Below the pieces are notes generated by a model. That model saw only the letters and a list, made by a program, of their open reading frames with translations. It searched no databases and was not told the DNA's origin. A program made the position numbers and the translations under genes. A stretch of DNA of 64,000 bases, taken from sequence record DRR378314_409; one strand, 5' to 3'. How positions within the stretch are numbered: position 1 is the stretch's first letter; each line of letters begins with the position of its first letter. Shown here piece after piece: positions 30,011 through 40,059 of the stretch.

Positions 30011-30553
30011 ATGCCGTTTCGTTTCGTCCGTTTATTGCAAACATCTCTGTTCCAAATTTTATACTTGGGAATGATCCTTGTTGGATCGATTACGTTATTT
30101 CCGTCAAGCCTGGCAGCACAAGAGACAAAAAGCTGGGAGCTGGTCTGTCAACAGAAAGACGACCCCCAAAGCTGTTTGATCGAGCAAAAATTACTGCTAC
30201 GACAACAACAGGGCGAGGAAAATGGCCAAGTGGGGCAAATCCTGAAAGTTCAAATATTCTATGTGGGCAAGGATGAGCGGAAGCCCTATGTTGTTATGCA
30301 ATTGCCATTAGGCGTGGATTTGAAAGCGGGTCTAGTGATGAAAATTGATGAGAATCCGGAAATAAATGCACCATTTTCCACTTGCAGTAAGTCTGGATGC
30401 GAGGTGCGCTCTCTTTTACCTGCCGACATGCTGTCGCAGTTAAAAGCAGGCAGTAAAATGAAAGTTGGCTTTCGTCCATATGGGAGTAAGCAGACGATGG
30501 TTGTTCAGGCCAGCCTGATCGGATTTACAAAGTCTTTTGACTGGCTTAACTAA
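30011..30553 (+). CDS. Invasion-associated locus B (IalB) family protein
   Basis: WELVC, C..EQ, LPLGVDL, C...GC, SLIGFTKSF; start codon uncertain. Confidence 0.87.
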   Translation: MPFRFVRLLQTSLFQILYLGMILVGSITLFPSSLAAQETKSWELVCQQKDDPQSCLIEQKLLLRQQQGEENGQVGQILKVQIFYVGKDERKPYVVMQLPLGVDLKAGLVMKIDENPEINAPFSTCSKSGCEVRSLLPADMLSQLKAGSKMKVGFRPYGSKQTMVVQASLIGFTKSFDWLN

Positions 30554-30557
30554 CTCT

Positions 30558-33500
30558 CTAGAAGTGGAGCTTCGCTTTCAAAGCTGCGGAATGGGCGTGG
30601 TAATTGTTTTTGAAATCCGCATTATAATCGGCGCCTAAGATCCAGTCTCCAAGATCGTAAGTAAGGCCGAGCCCAAGATGGGCACTGAGTTGTTCTGGAT
30701 CTTGGCCGTCCACAGTAAAGGTGGAACCTCCGCCCGTAAACTGGGAAGTCGCTACGGCATTTTCTCCCAATAGCTCATATCGAATGCCACCACTTAGCCG
30801 CGGAATAAGAAATCCAGTATCAGTTTCCAACTGGGTTGAAATTGTTGATCCTACAGATACAGTCAGCAACTGAAGATCATCTGTTTGAACCTGCTGGTTT
30901 AGGCCGCCCGCTCCTGTCTCAAGATAATCTTCGGTTTGAAGATAGGTATAGGATAGGCCTGCCATTGGTGTGATTTGATAGTTTGATGAGGATATCGGAC
31001 TGCCAACTTGAACTGAAGCTATATATTGGTTTGAATGATAGCTCGAATTTGCGGCTGTATCTATTCCCAAAAAGTCAATTATACGGCTGCTGTCTACCTG
31101 ATTATGTCCGAACCCGATGGAGCCTTCGATAAAGAAATCGCGGGCCGAATAATCAGCATAGAAATTGCCCTGGTAGCTCTTGAGTTGAGAGCTAACACTG
31201 CCAGCTCCACCACCCTCAACATCTGTGTAGGCGTATGTAAAGGAAGCGCCGACACGATTTGTTTCTGTAATGGCAACATCATAGCCAAAAGTTGATCCGA
31301 CAGTACCAGCTTCATAACTTTCCCCACCCGAGGTGCGATCTTGATCGGCCAAAAATCCAAATGCTTTCATCCAGGCGGAATTCTTCCGATCAGGTCTATC
31401 CGTTGACGTATCGGCAATAACCAGCCGTGACGCTGTTGTTTGATTGCGGACAGCGGCCAAACGATCTGACGTAAACAGAAAGACTTGATTTTGAAGCGCG
31501 GAAGCCACTCCCACTGCGGCGTCCATATTCTCACTTTGAACGCCGAGACTTTTGATCGCTTTCTGGGCGGTTGAACCACCGGAATTCACGGAGGCGATCA
31601 GGTCATTGAGCAGAGCATCATTTCCCGTTTCAATGGCTTCATTAGCGATGAGAAGGATGCGGGCTTGATTGTTTGTCACGCTGAACTCGGTCGCTAGGCT
31701 TTCGGAGGTTCGGGTTGTGACAACCAATTGAATGTCGTTTCCATTTGCCTGTAATTCGGTGCTTCTGAGGATACTGGTATCCGGTTCAAAGTTTGCGATT
31801 TCATCTGACGCATCTGCCACGCTGTCAAACAGCAGATATGTTCCGGTTTGCAGATCTTCTGCTATTTGGATGACAGGGCTGTTCGTCGCACTCAGATCAT
31901 TAACGCTAAAAATGGTATCGCCTGGTGTGAAATTGTCACCAATAGTTAGAGTGCCGCCATTGAAAGTCGCCGTTCCAGATAAAGTAAGTGTGTTTCCGAC
32001 CTGTAAATTTCCGTTACTGGAGAGTGATGCAGCTTGAACGGTGTTGCTAAAAATAGTTTTACTATTTGCCGCGAGAGTCAGGGCATCCAAAGGGGTTGAG
32101 GAGCCAATCGCACCATCAAACGTTACTCCGGCTGTGCTGGTGTTGTTGACGGATAGAGAGTTCGCGCCGTTGATTGAGGCGGAAATAGTTTGAGCAGAAT
32201 TGCCATTAAATTCAAGATCACCTGTTTCAATATTGACAGAACTTCCCCCTGTGAGGGACACATCACCAGTTATACCCAACAGCCCGTTGCCAGTTGCGAT
32301 ATCTCCAGTAGAGGAGAGCGTACCAATAGTTCCACCAGTTCCAAATTGAGTAGACCCTGAACCAGTTGCTGTGAAATTTTCGGTTTTTATAGCGCCCGCA
32401 AACGTCGCAACGCCGCCGGTCGTATCAACCGTTACCGATCTGAGGGTGTTTGTTGCACCCATCGAGCCCGATACCAAAGTGATGTTACCACCGATCGCTG
32501 CAAAACTTGCAGAACCTGAGTTATCTGATCCGCTCGTATTATCTATGGAGCCGGTGATACGCTTGCCTGAGGAAAACGAAATTGCCGTATTCTCAGCAAT
32601 GTTAATGTTCCCGGTGACATCATCAGTAAAGGCAACAGTGCCGGTACCGTTCACAGAAATTGTATTGGCAGACACCGTGTCGCCGAATGAAGCGGTCCTT
32701 CCGCTGCTCGCCGTTACTTCGATTGAGTTCAAAGAGTTGGTCGAGCCAATTGAACCACTGACTAGAGTTGTGTTCGCAGTTGTTTCTGCGAAGACCAGGT
32801 TGCCTTGTGTTGATGTGGCGTCTACATTTCCACTGATCGCTTTATTTGCTGCAATCAAAGCGGTTGCATTGCCAGTGAAGTCTAGTGTATCGCTTTCTAT
32901 GTCTTGGATGAACTCAGCGTTTCCGGAGCCAGAAACCTCTATTGTCTCGGCATTGATGTTGCCAGAAAATGACGAGGTGATATTGACGCCGGTATTGACA
33001 ATAATACTCTTTAGGGCATTTCCAAATGGCGTTCCGATATCGCCGGACACTAACGTCAAATTTGATGTTGGAGCCGCAAAGACAACTGATCCTTTTCCAT
33101 TGGAATTTGTTGTAATGCTACCGGATAAAATACTATCACTGCCCAGTTGTATGGTTCCTGCAGTATCAATTTGCAGGGTGCCGGAGAGATGACCGTTGAA
33201 CACGGTTTGGTCACTATCATCATCTGCATATACGGAAATTGTCGTCGCGTTTATTGCACCCGTTAAAGTTATTGTATTTGAACTGCTGTCGACAGAAACT
33301 TTTTTAAGCGAGTTTGTTTGTCCAATTGAACCGTCCATGGCTAAGATAGGGCCACTAGTTTGGTCTAGTAATTCCAGAGTGCCGTTACCATCTGATCCTG
33401 TCAGATTATCAACACTGCCTGTTATGGAGCCTCCATCTCCAATTTGGATTATACTGTCGACACCAAAGCGGACATCGCTTGTTACCGAGTTATTTATGAC

Positions 33501-34238
33501 GGACGTCTCTGAACTATTAATGGTGAAGCGTGCGGCATTTACAGTTCCATTAAATGTTGCCTTGGCACCACTTTGAACATTAATTTGATCCAATTCGGAT
33601 GAGGCTGCAATGCCCCCAATATTTCCGTCAAAAAGTAATTGGTTTCCAGACGTTCCATCCGTATTAGTGATTTCTAAGATAACTGTATCGGTACTGGAAT
33701 TGGCTGAAATATCTGCGTCAATCGTGTTGTTGCCAGCCACCGCAGTATCAAAAGTTGTGCTGAGTGCACTCGCGCCGTTTCCAACATTGATTGTGATTGT
33801 GCCGGTGCCTTTGGTGATGTCACCTGAAAATAAGGTTGTGGTGTTGGTTGCGTTTAACACAAACAACTCGTTGCCTTCGATTTCAAGATCGCCTGCAAAA
33901 GTGATCAAATTATTCGTACCAGAAGAGGTGATGTCGAACGTAGCCGTACGGGCTCCTGCGGTCGATATGAAGGTTATTGCGTCTGTAGTATTCAGACTCC
34001 CCAGGGTGATGGGGCCGGTATCTGAATCAATATCGACAAAATGTGGGGCTGAAACATTCAACAAGAGGCCGTTGGTATCAGTAGCAGTTATTGTCTCGAT
34101 GGTTCCAATTACGGTCGTGGCATCAGCATCATCACCTGCTGCCATCGTGGGTTGAGGTAGGCTGCAGGTTAGGGCGAGTGTTAAAAAGGAGGCGCTACTT
34201 AGTAGTTTTTTGCATAATTTCCTTTTGATACTAAGCAC
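30558..34238 (-). CDS. Autotransporter adhesin with repeat-containing passenger domain
   Basis: Signal peptide, Gly/Ser/Thr/Asn-rich passenger, C-terminal beta-barrel (from AWMKAFG) ending in Phe. Confidence 0.92.
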   Translation of the reverse strand: MLSIKRKLCKKLLSSASFLTLALTCSLPQPTMAAGDDADATTVIGTIETITATDTNGLLLNVSAPHFVDIDSDTGPITLGSLNTTDAITFISTAGARTATFDITSSGTNNLITFAGDLEIEGNELFVLNATNTTTLFSGDITKGTGTITINVGNGASALSTTFDTAVAGNNTIDADISANSSTDTVILEITNTDGTSGNQLLFDGNIGGIAASSELDQINVQSGAKATFNGTVNAARFTINSSETSVINNSVTSDVRFGVDSIIQIGDGGSITGSVDNLTGSDGNGTLELLDQTSGPILAMDGSIGQTNSLKKVSVDSSSNTITLTGAINATTISVYADDDSDQTVFNGHLSGTLQIDTAGTIQLGSDSILSGSITTNSNGKGSVVFAAPTSNLTLVSGDIGTPFGNALKSIIVNTGVNITSSFSGNINAETIEVSGSGNAEFIQDIESDTLDFTGNATALIAANKAISGNVDATSTQGNLVFAETTANTTLVSGSIGSTNSLNSIEVTASSGRTASFGDTVSANTISVNGTGTVAFTDDVTGNINIAENTAISFSSGKRITGSIDNTSGSDNSGSASFAAIGGNITLVSGSMGATNTLRSVTVDTTGGVATFAGAIKTENFTATGSGSTQFGTGGTIGTLSSTGDIATGNGLLGITGDVSLTGGSSVNIETGDLEFNGNSAQTISASINGANSLSVNNTSTAGVTFDGAIGSSTPLDALTLAANSKTIFSNTVQAASLSSNGNLQVGNTLTLSGTATFNGGTLTIGDNFTPGDTIFSVNDLSATNSPVIQIAEDLQTGTYLLFDSVADASDEIANFEPDTSILRSTELQANGNDIQLVVTTRTSESLATEFSVTNNQARILLIANEAIETGNDALLNDLIASVNSGGSTAQKAIKSLGVQSENMDAAVGVASALQNQVFLFTSDRLAAVRNQTTASRLVIADTSTDRPDRKNSAWMKAFGFLADQDRTSGGESYEAGTVGSTFGYDVAITETNRVGASFTYAYTDVEGGGAGSVSSQLKSYQGNFYADYSARDFFIEGSIGFGHNQVDSSRIIDFLGIDTAANSSYHSNQYIASVQVGSPISSSNYQITPMAGLSYTYLQTEDYLETGAGGLNQQVQTDDLQLLTVSVGSTISTQLETDTGFLIPRLSGGIRYELLGENAVATSQFTGGGSTFTVDGQDPEQLSAHLGLGLTYDLGDWILGADYNADFKNNYHAHSAALKAKLHF
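32070..33435 (-). repeat. Degenerate protein-level tandem repeats (about 90-100 aa) in the passenger domain
   Basis: Recurring G(S/N)(I/V)D....G...F......TLVSG(S/D)(I/M)G.TN.L..(I/V).V units, four clear copies plus partial ones. Confidence 0.75.
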
Positions 34239-34370
34239 TTGATACTCTTCCCCCAGATAATTGGCGCATCATGTCTCCCAAACTGACGCGGCTGGCAAGT
34301 ATTCTATAGATTCTGACACATAGGGAAATAAAAATCAGTGGAATTTAAGAAAAATTGTTCAGGAAAATGT

Positions 34371-35162
34371 CTAGTTAGCCGCAGGGCCGAGATATGTTTT
34401 GGAAATTTGCTCACGAAGGCTCTGATTTCTAGGGTCTGCAAATTCCCGATCCAGTATTTTAAGAAGTGGGGTCGGCCAGCGAAGTTTGCTATTGAAGGCA
34501 ATGAAAAAAGGCCGTTCGGATAGGCATCCTTTTTCAAATAGGGAGTGGATTTCAGGTTGAGGACTGGAGGTCTTGAGCCAGCGCACAATATTGCGATCGG
34601 CGACAAGGATTTGAATTCGATCTGAGATGAGCAGTTTTATTAGTCTTTGCAGAGGGTTCTGTCCACGAAGTTTTAAAATCCTGGATTTGTTCTCTGAACC
34701 CGCAAGAAATTGATCGAGCGGATCTCCATAGCCATAACTGGCAATCACCCCTAATTTTCCTGGTAAAGCGTGAAGTGTGGAGGTGTTTTCATATTTCCAG
34801 CTCTGATCTTTGCGCCCATAAAAACAAACCTGATAGGTCATGATGGGCTGAGAGGAAAACAAAAAGGATGGTGCTTCCGAGTGAACTGCTGTTAAAAGAC
34901 CATGCGCCAATTGACCTGCCTCGGCAATCTCAATCGCCCTGTTCCAAGGATAGCTGGAAATTTCAATTGTAAGGTCATGTTTGGCAAAAAGCGCTCGAAT
35001 ATATTCTTGGGCGATGCCGGGTTTCTCGGTATTTGGGATGCAGGAGTACGGACACCAACCGGTCGTTGCTAGCTTCACTGGGGATGGGACAGTATTTTGC
35101 GCCTGAGCTACGCTAACAGATAACAGTATCGATAAAGCGGCGTATACCAAGGATGAACGCAT
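34371..35162 (-). CDS. Periplasmic substrate-binding protein (family 3-like), stand-alone
   Basis: Signal peptide; WCPYSC, PWNRA, GVIASYGYG. Confidence 0.8.
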   Translation of the reverse strand: MRSSLVYAALSILLSVSVAQAQNTVPSPVKLATTGWCPYSCIPNTEKPGIAQEYIRALFAKHDLTIEISSYPWNRAIEIAEAGQLAHGLLTAVHSEAPSFLFSSQPIMTYQVCFYGRKDQSWKYENTSTLHALPGKLGVIASYGYGDPLDQFLAGSENKSRILKLRGQNPLQRLIKLLISDRIQILVADRNIVRWLKTSSPQPEIHSLFEKGCLSERPFFIAFNSKLRWPTPLLKILDREFADPRNQSLREQISKTYLGPAAN

Positions 35163-35224
35163 CGATCCCTCACTAACTACAAATGTATCTCACCCTATCA
35201 GATAATTGTGTTATGCGTCAAAAA

Positions 35225-36094
35225 TTAGAATTTTCTAAAAAAAGTGGTTCGGTCAAATAATTCTTCCAAATCACTGATCCTTTTTTTGGTTTGTCGCCAG
35301 TCATTTTGTTGAATTTTGGCGATCATTGCTTCCAATAGTAGCATCAATGTAACTGAAGAATCCCATGCTGATGGAACAGAAATCCGGGCACTGAAAGTTA
35401 TATCGGCATACTTTGATACAGGAGAGCGCCATTGATCTGTGAACAAAATTGTTTTCAGGCCTTTTGATGCCGCTAACTCTGCCAGTTTAATGGTGCTATT
35501 TTCGTAGCGGCGGACATCGAAAATCACGAGAACGTCATTTTCTTCCATATCCAGGATGAAGTGCGGCCAAGAGCTTGATCGACTTTCCATGTTTGATACA
35601 AATTTTCGGATCATTTGGAGATGTATGTAAAGATAATCGGCCATAGAGCGCGAAACGCGCCCGCCTGTGATGTAAATTTTCTGCTCCTGATTAGAGAGGA
35701 GCTCACAGGCCTGATCAAAATCTGCCGGGGATATCTGTGATAAGGTTTGATGGATATTATTTATCACCGCATTAGTGAACTCATTCAGGATGTGTTCCTC
35801 GGGCACATCACTTGCCCATTTTTCATGCTTGGCAATAGGGTTGGTGATTGTCGCTTCTAATTCTGTTCTCAGCTCTTGCTGAAACTGAGGAAATCCATCA
35901 AAGCCTAATTTTCGAACCATGCGGATGACGGTTGGAGTGGAAACACCAGCATTTGTTGCGACAGTCGTCACACTGACAAGCCCAGAGAGCGGGTAATTAG
36001 ATAGCAGCGAGTCGGCAAGTTGCCTCTCTGATTTAGTTAGCTCCGGCTGCAAGGATCTTAAGAGTTCTGCAATTGTGAGTTTTGGACTGGTCAT
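35225..36094 (-). CDS. MurR/RpiR family transcriptional regulator
   Basis: LTKSERQLAD, AGVSTPTVIRMVRKLGF HTH, SIS domain. Confidence 0.93.
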   Translation of the reverse strand: MTSPKLTIAELLRSLQPELTKSERQLADSLLSNYPLSGLVSVTTVATNAGVSTPTVIRMVRKLGFDGFPQFQQELRTELEATITNPIAKHEKWASDVPEEHILNEFTNAVINNIHQTLSQISPADFDQACELLSNQEQKIYITGGRVSRSMADYLYIHLQMIRKFVSNMESRSSSWPHFILDMEENDVLVIFDVRRYENSTIKLAELAASKGLKTILFTDQWRSPVSKYADITFSARISVPSAWDSSVTLMLLLEAMIAKIQQNDWRQTKKRISDLEELFDRTTFFRKF

Positions 36095-36143
36095 TTATAT
36101 TTTGCTTTCTGTTTTGTAATAATACCAACAGCAAAAATTTATA

Positions 36144-36203
36144 TGAAGCAAATATTTCAGAATAATTCTTGACAGGTGGGGTGGTTCTGTAATGATTTCT
36201 TCA
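36144..36203. promoter_or_regulatory. Two RpiR-type operator-like palindromes flanking a TTGACA -35
   Basis: TGAAGCAAATATTTCA (36144-36159), TGTAATGATTTCTTCA (36188-36203), TTGACA 36169-36174. Confidence 0.6.
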
Positions 36204-36222
36204 TTTTGGGTCCAAGTGTGTT

Positions 36223-37011
36223 ATGGTATCGATTGACAGTCACGAGTACAGTGCCGCCGAGGGGTATCTCCCGCAGCTATTAAATGCGGGTGGCGACAGC
36301 CCTGTCTTGTTGATTTGTGAACATGCCACCAATTACATTCCTGATGAGTTCCAGGGGCTGGGTTTGTCTGACGGAGCACTCAGCAGTCATATCGCTTTGG
36401 ATTTAGGCGCGGTCGAGCTGTCAACGCAAATAGCGCTTAACTTGAATGCTCAGTTGGTTGTCGCCGGGGTTTCAAGGCTGCTGTATGACTGCAATCGGCA
36501 CGTTGGCGCGCCGGACGCAATTCCCCATACCAGCGAGGTTTTTGATGTGCCCGGAAATCAAAACCTTACAGATACGGCAAAAAAAGAACGGTTTGACAGG
36601 ATTTACGTGCCCTTTGAAAGACTGATTGAAGATGTTTTGACCAAGAACCCGCACATTCGGTCAATTGTCACGATTCATAGTTTTACACCAGTCTTTCGCG
36701 GCAAGTCCCGCGAAGTCGAGCTCGGGCTACTTCATGATCAAGAGGATAATTTCGCGGTTGCCATAAAAGAGGCTTCTCAGGCATCCTCAGAGTTGGTAGT
36801 CAGATTGAATGAGCCATACAATTCTGGAGATGGTGTAACTCACACGTTACATACCCACGGAACGCAGCGGGGGCTAGAAAGTGCAATGATTGAAGTGAGA
36901 AATGATCTTTTACAGACACAAGATAATGTTTCCCAAATCTCTGAACTCTTAAGCGCTTCGATAGAAAAAGCCTTGTCTCGCGTAAATATACAGCAGTATA
37001 GAGGGCGATGA
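36223..37011 (+). CDS. N-formylglutamate amidohydrolase family protein
   Basis: CEHA, HIALDLG, SRLLYDCNR, HSFTP, IEVRNDL. Confidence 0.9.
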   Translation: MVSIDSHEYSAAEGYLPQLLNAGGDSPVLLICEHATNYIPDEFQGLGLSDGALSSHIALDLGAVELSTQIALNLNAQLVVAGVSRLLYDCNRHVGAPDAIPHTSEVFDVPGNQNLTDTAKKERFDRIYVPFERLIEDVLTKNPHIRSIVTIHSFTPVFRGKSREVELGLLHDQEDNFAVAIKEASQASSELVVRLNEPYNSGDGVTHTLHTHGTQRGLESAMIEVRNDLLQTQDNVSQISELLSASIEKALSRVNIQQYRGR

Positions 37012-37012
37012 A

Positions 37013-37519
37013 ATGCCTCGGGCAATTAGACAATATATTCGCTATGTAGATAAAATAAATCGCGGGATCGGTCGATTTGTCATGTACTTTATCTTTGTAT
37101 TGGCGGGCATTCTTCTCTGGTCATCAATTTCCAAAACGTTTTTTCTCCCGTCACTTTGGACGTTGGAGATGGCCCAGTTTGCGATGGTCACCTATTACAT
37201 TATTGGGGGACCGTATTCGATCCAATTGGGTAGCAATGTCCGTATGGATCTTTTTTATGGAAGCTGGACCGACAGGCAGAAGGCATGGGTAGACGCGTTT
37301 ACCGTTATGTTCCTTATTTTCTTCTTAGGGGTCCTGCTCTATGGCGGGATTGAAAGTACCACTTATGCTATCGAGTATGGGGAGAGGAGCCGAACCCCCT
37401 GGCGACCCTACATGTGGCCGATCAAGAGCATTATGTGCTTCGGTATTCTGATGATGATCCTGCAATCCATTTCCGAATTTTTCAAAGATATTGCCCGCAT
37501 CCGGGGAGTGGAACTTTAA
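37013..37519 (+). CDS. TRAP transporter small permease
   Basis: Four TM segments, VRMDLFY. Confidence 0.9.
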   Translation: MPRAIRQYIRYVDKINRGIGRFVMYFIFVLAGILLWSSISKTFFLPSLWTLEMAQFAMVTYYIIGGPYSIQLGSNVRMDLFYGSWTDRQKAWVDAFTVMFLIFFLGVLLYGGIESTTYAIEYGERSRTPWRPYMWPIKSIMCFGILMMILQSISEFFKDIARIRGVEL

Positions 37520-38841
37520 TGTCATATGAGTTGATTGCGATTTTGATGTTCTCCACCATGATGCTGATGCTCATGACGGGGCAGCGGGTTTTCGGTGCAA
37601 TTGGGTTTGTTGGTGTTGCTGCTGCGATGCTGCTTTGGGGAACAGGCGGCTATGATCTCGGCTTTTCGGCTGCCATCAAGCTAATGAAATGGTACCCGTT
37701 ACTCACTTTGCCCATGTTTATTTTTATGGGATACGTATTATCTGAATCTAAAATAGCAGATGACCTTTACAAGATGTTTCATGTCTGGATGGGGCCTGTG
37801 CGAGGGGGCCTTGCCATAGGGACCATCTTGCTGATGGTTTTGGTGTCTGCCATGAACGGCCTGTCGGTAGCAGGCATGGCTATTGGGGCAACGATTGCCC
37901 TGCCGGAGCTTTTGCGGCGCGGCTATGATAAAAAGATGGTGACCGGTGTTATTCAGGCAGGTTCTTCGTTGGGTATTCTGGTGCCACCCTCCGTTGTGCT
38001 GGTTCTATATGCCATGATCGCCCGTCAACCTGTGGGACAGTTATGGTTGGCAGGTGTATTCCCAGGGCTGATGATGGCCGCACTTTTCATTTTATATATT
38101 GTCATCCGCTGCCGGTTTCAGCCAGAACTTGGGCCGGTTCTGCCAAAAGAAGAGCGAACAATTCCGATGGCAGAAAAACTGCGTTTATTGCGCGCAGGTC
38201 TTTTGCCCATCATTATTTTTGCGACGATGATGATCCCGTTTGTCAATGGTTGGACCAGTCTGGTTGAAAGTTCGGCTATTGGTGCGATGGCCGCTTTTGT
38301 CGCTGCAATCTTGAAAGGGCGGATGACAAAGGTTGTGTTTGAAACATCCGTTCGCCAAACTTTGGCTATTTCCTGTATGTTTATGTGGATCATTCTGGCC
38401 GCGCTGGGGTTCGGTGCCGTTTTTGATGGCTTGGGAGCCGTGCGGGCAATCGAGGGTTTGTTTACTGAGCAATTAGGTTTGTCTCCTTGGATGATCCTCA
38501 TTCTGATGCAATTGTCTTTCATTGTGATGGGGACATTTCTGGATGATACGGCAATGCTGGTAATCGTGGCGCCTCTTTACGTACCGTTGGTCAATGCGCT
38601 GGGATTTGATTTGATCTGGTATGGGGTGCTTTACACAATTACGACCCAGATTGCCTATATGACACCGCCATTTGGGTATAATCTGTTTTTGATGCGGGCT
38701 ATGGCACCTCCGGAGATAACATTGAAGGATATCTATGGTTCGATTTTACCATTTGTTCTGGTGATGGCATTGGCTTTGGCGGTTGTAATGATCTTTCCGG
38801 AAATTGCCTTGTGGCTACCGGAATATGTGTATTCGAAGTAA
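37519..38841 (+). CDS. TRAP transporter large permease
   Basis: LPMFIFMG, GILVPPS, TPPFG; ATG 37519 overlaps the upstream stop. Confidence 0.93.
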   Translation: MSYELIAILMFSTMMLMLMTGQRVFGAIGFVGVAAAMLLWGTGGYDLGFSAAIKLMKWYPLLTLPMFIFMGYVLSESKIADDLYKMFHVWMGPVRGGLAIGTILLMVLVSAMNGLSVAGMAIGATIALPELLRRGYDKKMVTGVIQAGSSLGILVPPSVVLVLYAMIARQPVGQLWLAGVFPGLMMAALFILYIVIRCRFQPELGPVLPKEERTIPMAEKLRLLRAGLLPIIIFATMMIPFVNGWTSLVESSAIGAMAAFVAAILKGRMTKVVFETSVRQTLAISCMFMWIILAALGFGAVFDGLGAVRAIEGLFTEQLGLSPWMILILMQLSFIVMGTFLDDTAMLVIVAPLYVPLVNALGFDLIWYGVLYTITTQIAYMTPPFGYNLFLMRAMAPPEITLKDIYGSILPFVLVMALALAVVMIFPEIALWLPEYVYSK

Positions 38842-38893
38842 TAAGTAAGTTGTTTTTAACAGGGTATGAGATCTTAATGAAGGAGGGTTTCTC

Positions 38894-39937
38894 ATGACAA
38901 ACAGGCGTAAGTTTTTGACAGGCGTTGGTGCTGCGGGTGTTGCCGGTGCCACATCTTTTGCGGCTCCAGCCGTGCATGCTCAGAAAAAAATTGTTTGGCG
39001 CATGCAGACCTATGCTGGTGCAGCACTTGCAGAGCACGTAATTAAGCCGGCAGTGGAAAGCTTTAACAAAGTTGCCGGTGATGAAATGGAAATCCAGCTT
39101 TTCTTTGCGGATCAAATTGTTCCGACAGGTGAGCTTTTCCGGGCCATGCAGAAAGGCACGATTGATGCAGTTCAATCGGATGACGACTCTATGGCGTCAC
39201 CGACAGAAGTAACTGTATTCGGTGGCTACTTCCCGTTCGCGAGCCGATACTCTTTGGATGTTCCGGTTCTTTTCAACCAATATGGTCTTGGTGAAATCTG
39301 GGAGGAGGAATACGCGAAAGTTGGCGTCAAATGGTTGTCTGCGGGTGCCTGGGATCCTTGTCACTTTGCAACCAAAGACCCCATCCGGTCATTGGAAGAC
39401 TTAAAAGGAAAACGGGTCTTCACATTCCCGACTGCGGGCCGTTTCCTCGCGCAGTTTGGCGTTGTGCCCGTGACGCTCCCTTGGGAAGATATTGAGGTGG
39501 CGATGCAGACCGGTGAGTTGGACGGTGTTGCTTGGTCCGGGATTACTGAAGATTATACAGTTGGTTGGGCGGATGTGACGAACTATTTCCTCACCAACAA
39601 TATCTCAGGCGCTTGGGCCGGTTCATTCTATGCTAATATGGATCGCTATAATGAGCTTCCAGACCATCTTAAGGAGCTCCTTAAATTGACGATGGATAGT
39701 TCACATTACTATCGCCAATGGTGGTATTGGGGCGGTGAAGCTCATTTGAGAACACAAGGCACCAAAATGGAACTGACCTCTATTCCGGACAACGAATGGG
39801 CTCAGGTCGAAAAGGCCGCAGTTAAGTTCTGGGACGAAATTGCAGCGGAATCTGAAACCAAGGCAAAAGTCGTTCAGATCTTCAAAGATTATAACGCTGC
39901 CATGGAAAAAGCGGGCCGTCCGTACCGCTACACATAA
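38894..39937 (+). CDS. TRAP solute-binding protein (Tat signal)
   Basis: RRKFL twin-arginine signal, WRMQT, DLKGKRV, MQTGELDG. Confidence 0.93.
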   Translation: MTNRRKFLTGVGAAGVAGATSFAAPAVHAQKKIVWRMQTYAGAALAEHVIKPAVESFNKVAGDEMEIQLFFADQIVPTGELFRAMQKGTIDAVQSDDDSMASPTEVTVFGGYFPFASRYSLDVPVLFNQYGLGEIWEEEYAKVGVKWLSAGAWDPCHFATKDPIRSLEDLKGKRVFTFPTAGRFLAQFGVVPVTLPWEDIEVAMQTGELDGVAWSGITEDYTVGWADVTNYFLTNNISGAWAGSFYANMDRYNELPDHLKELLKLTMDSSHYYRQWWYWGGEAHLRTQGTKMELTSIPDNEWAQVEKAAVKFWDEIAAESETKAKVVQIFKDYNAAMEKAGRPYRYT

Positions 39938-39961
39938 AACCGAACCAATCGATCGATTTTT

Positions 39962-39991
39962 AAAGCATGCCTTCCGGGGCATGCTTTTTTT
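39962..39991 (+). terminator. Intrinsic terminator
   Basis: AAAGCATGCC / GGCATGCTTT stem plus T tract. Confidence 0.9.
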
Positions 39992-40059
39992 GTTGCTTTC
40001 CTTTACCTTGGTTCCGGCATTGCCTATCGTTTGAGAAATAAAAAAGAGGAACCTTCTGA

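Noticed and set aside
31732-34155. Plus-strand ORFs of 101-273 aa inside the autotransporter
   Set aside because: Antisense shadows of a Gly/Ser/Thr-rich coding region
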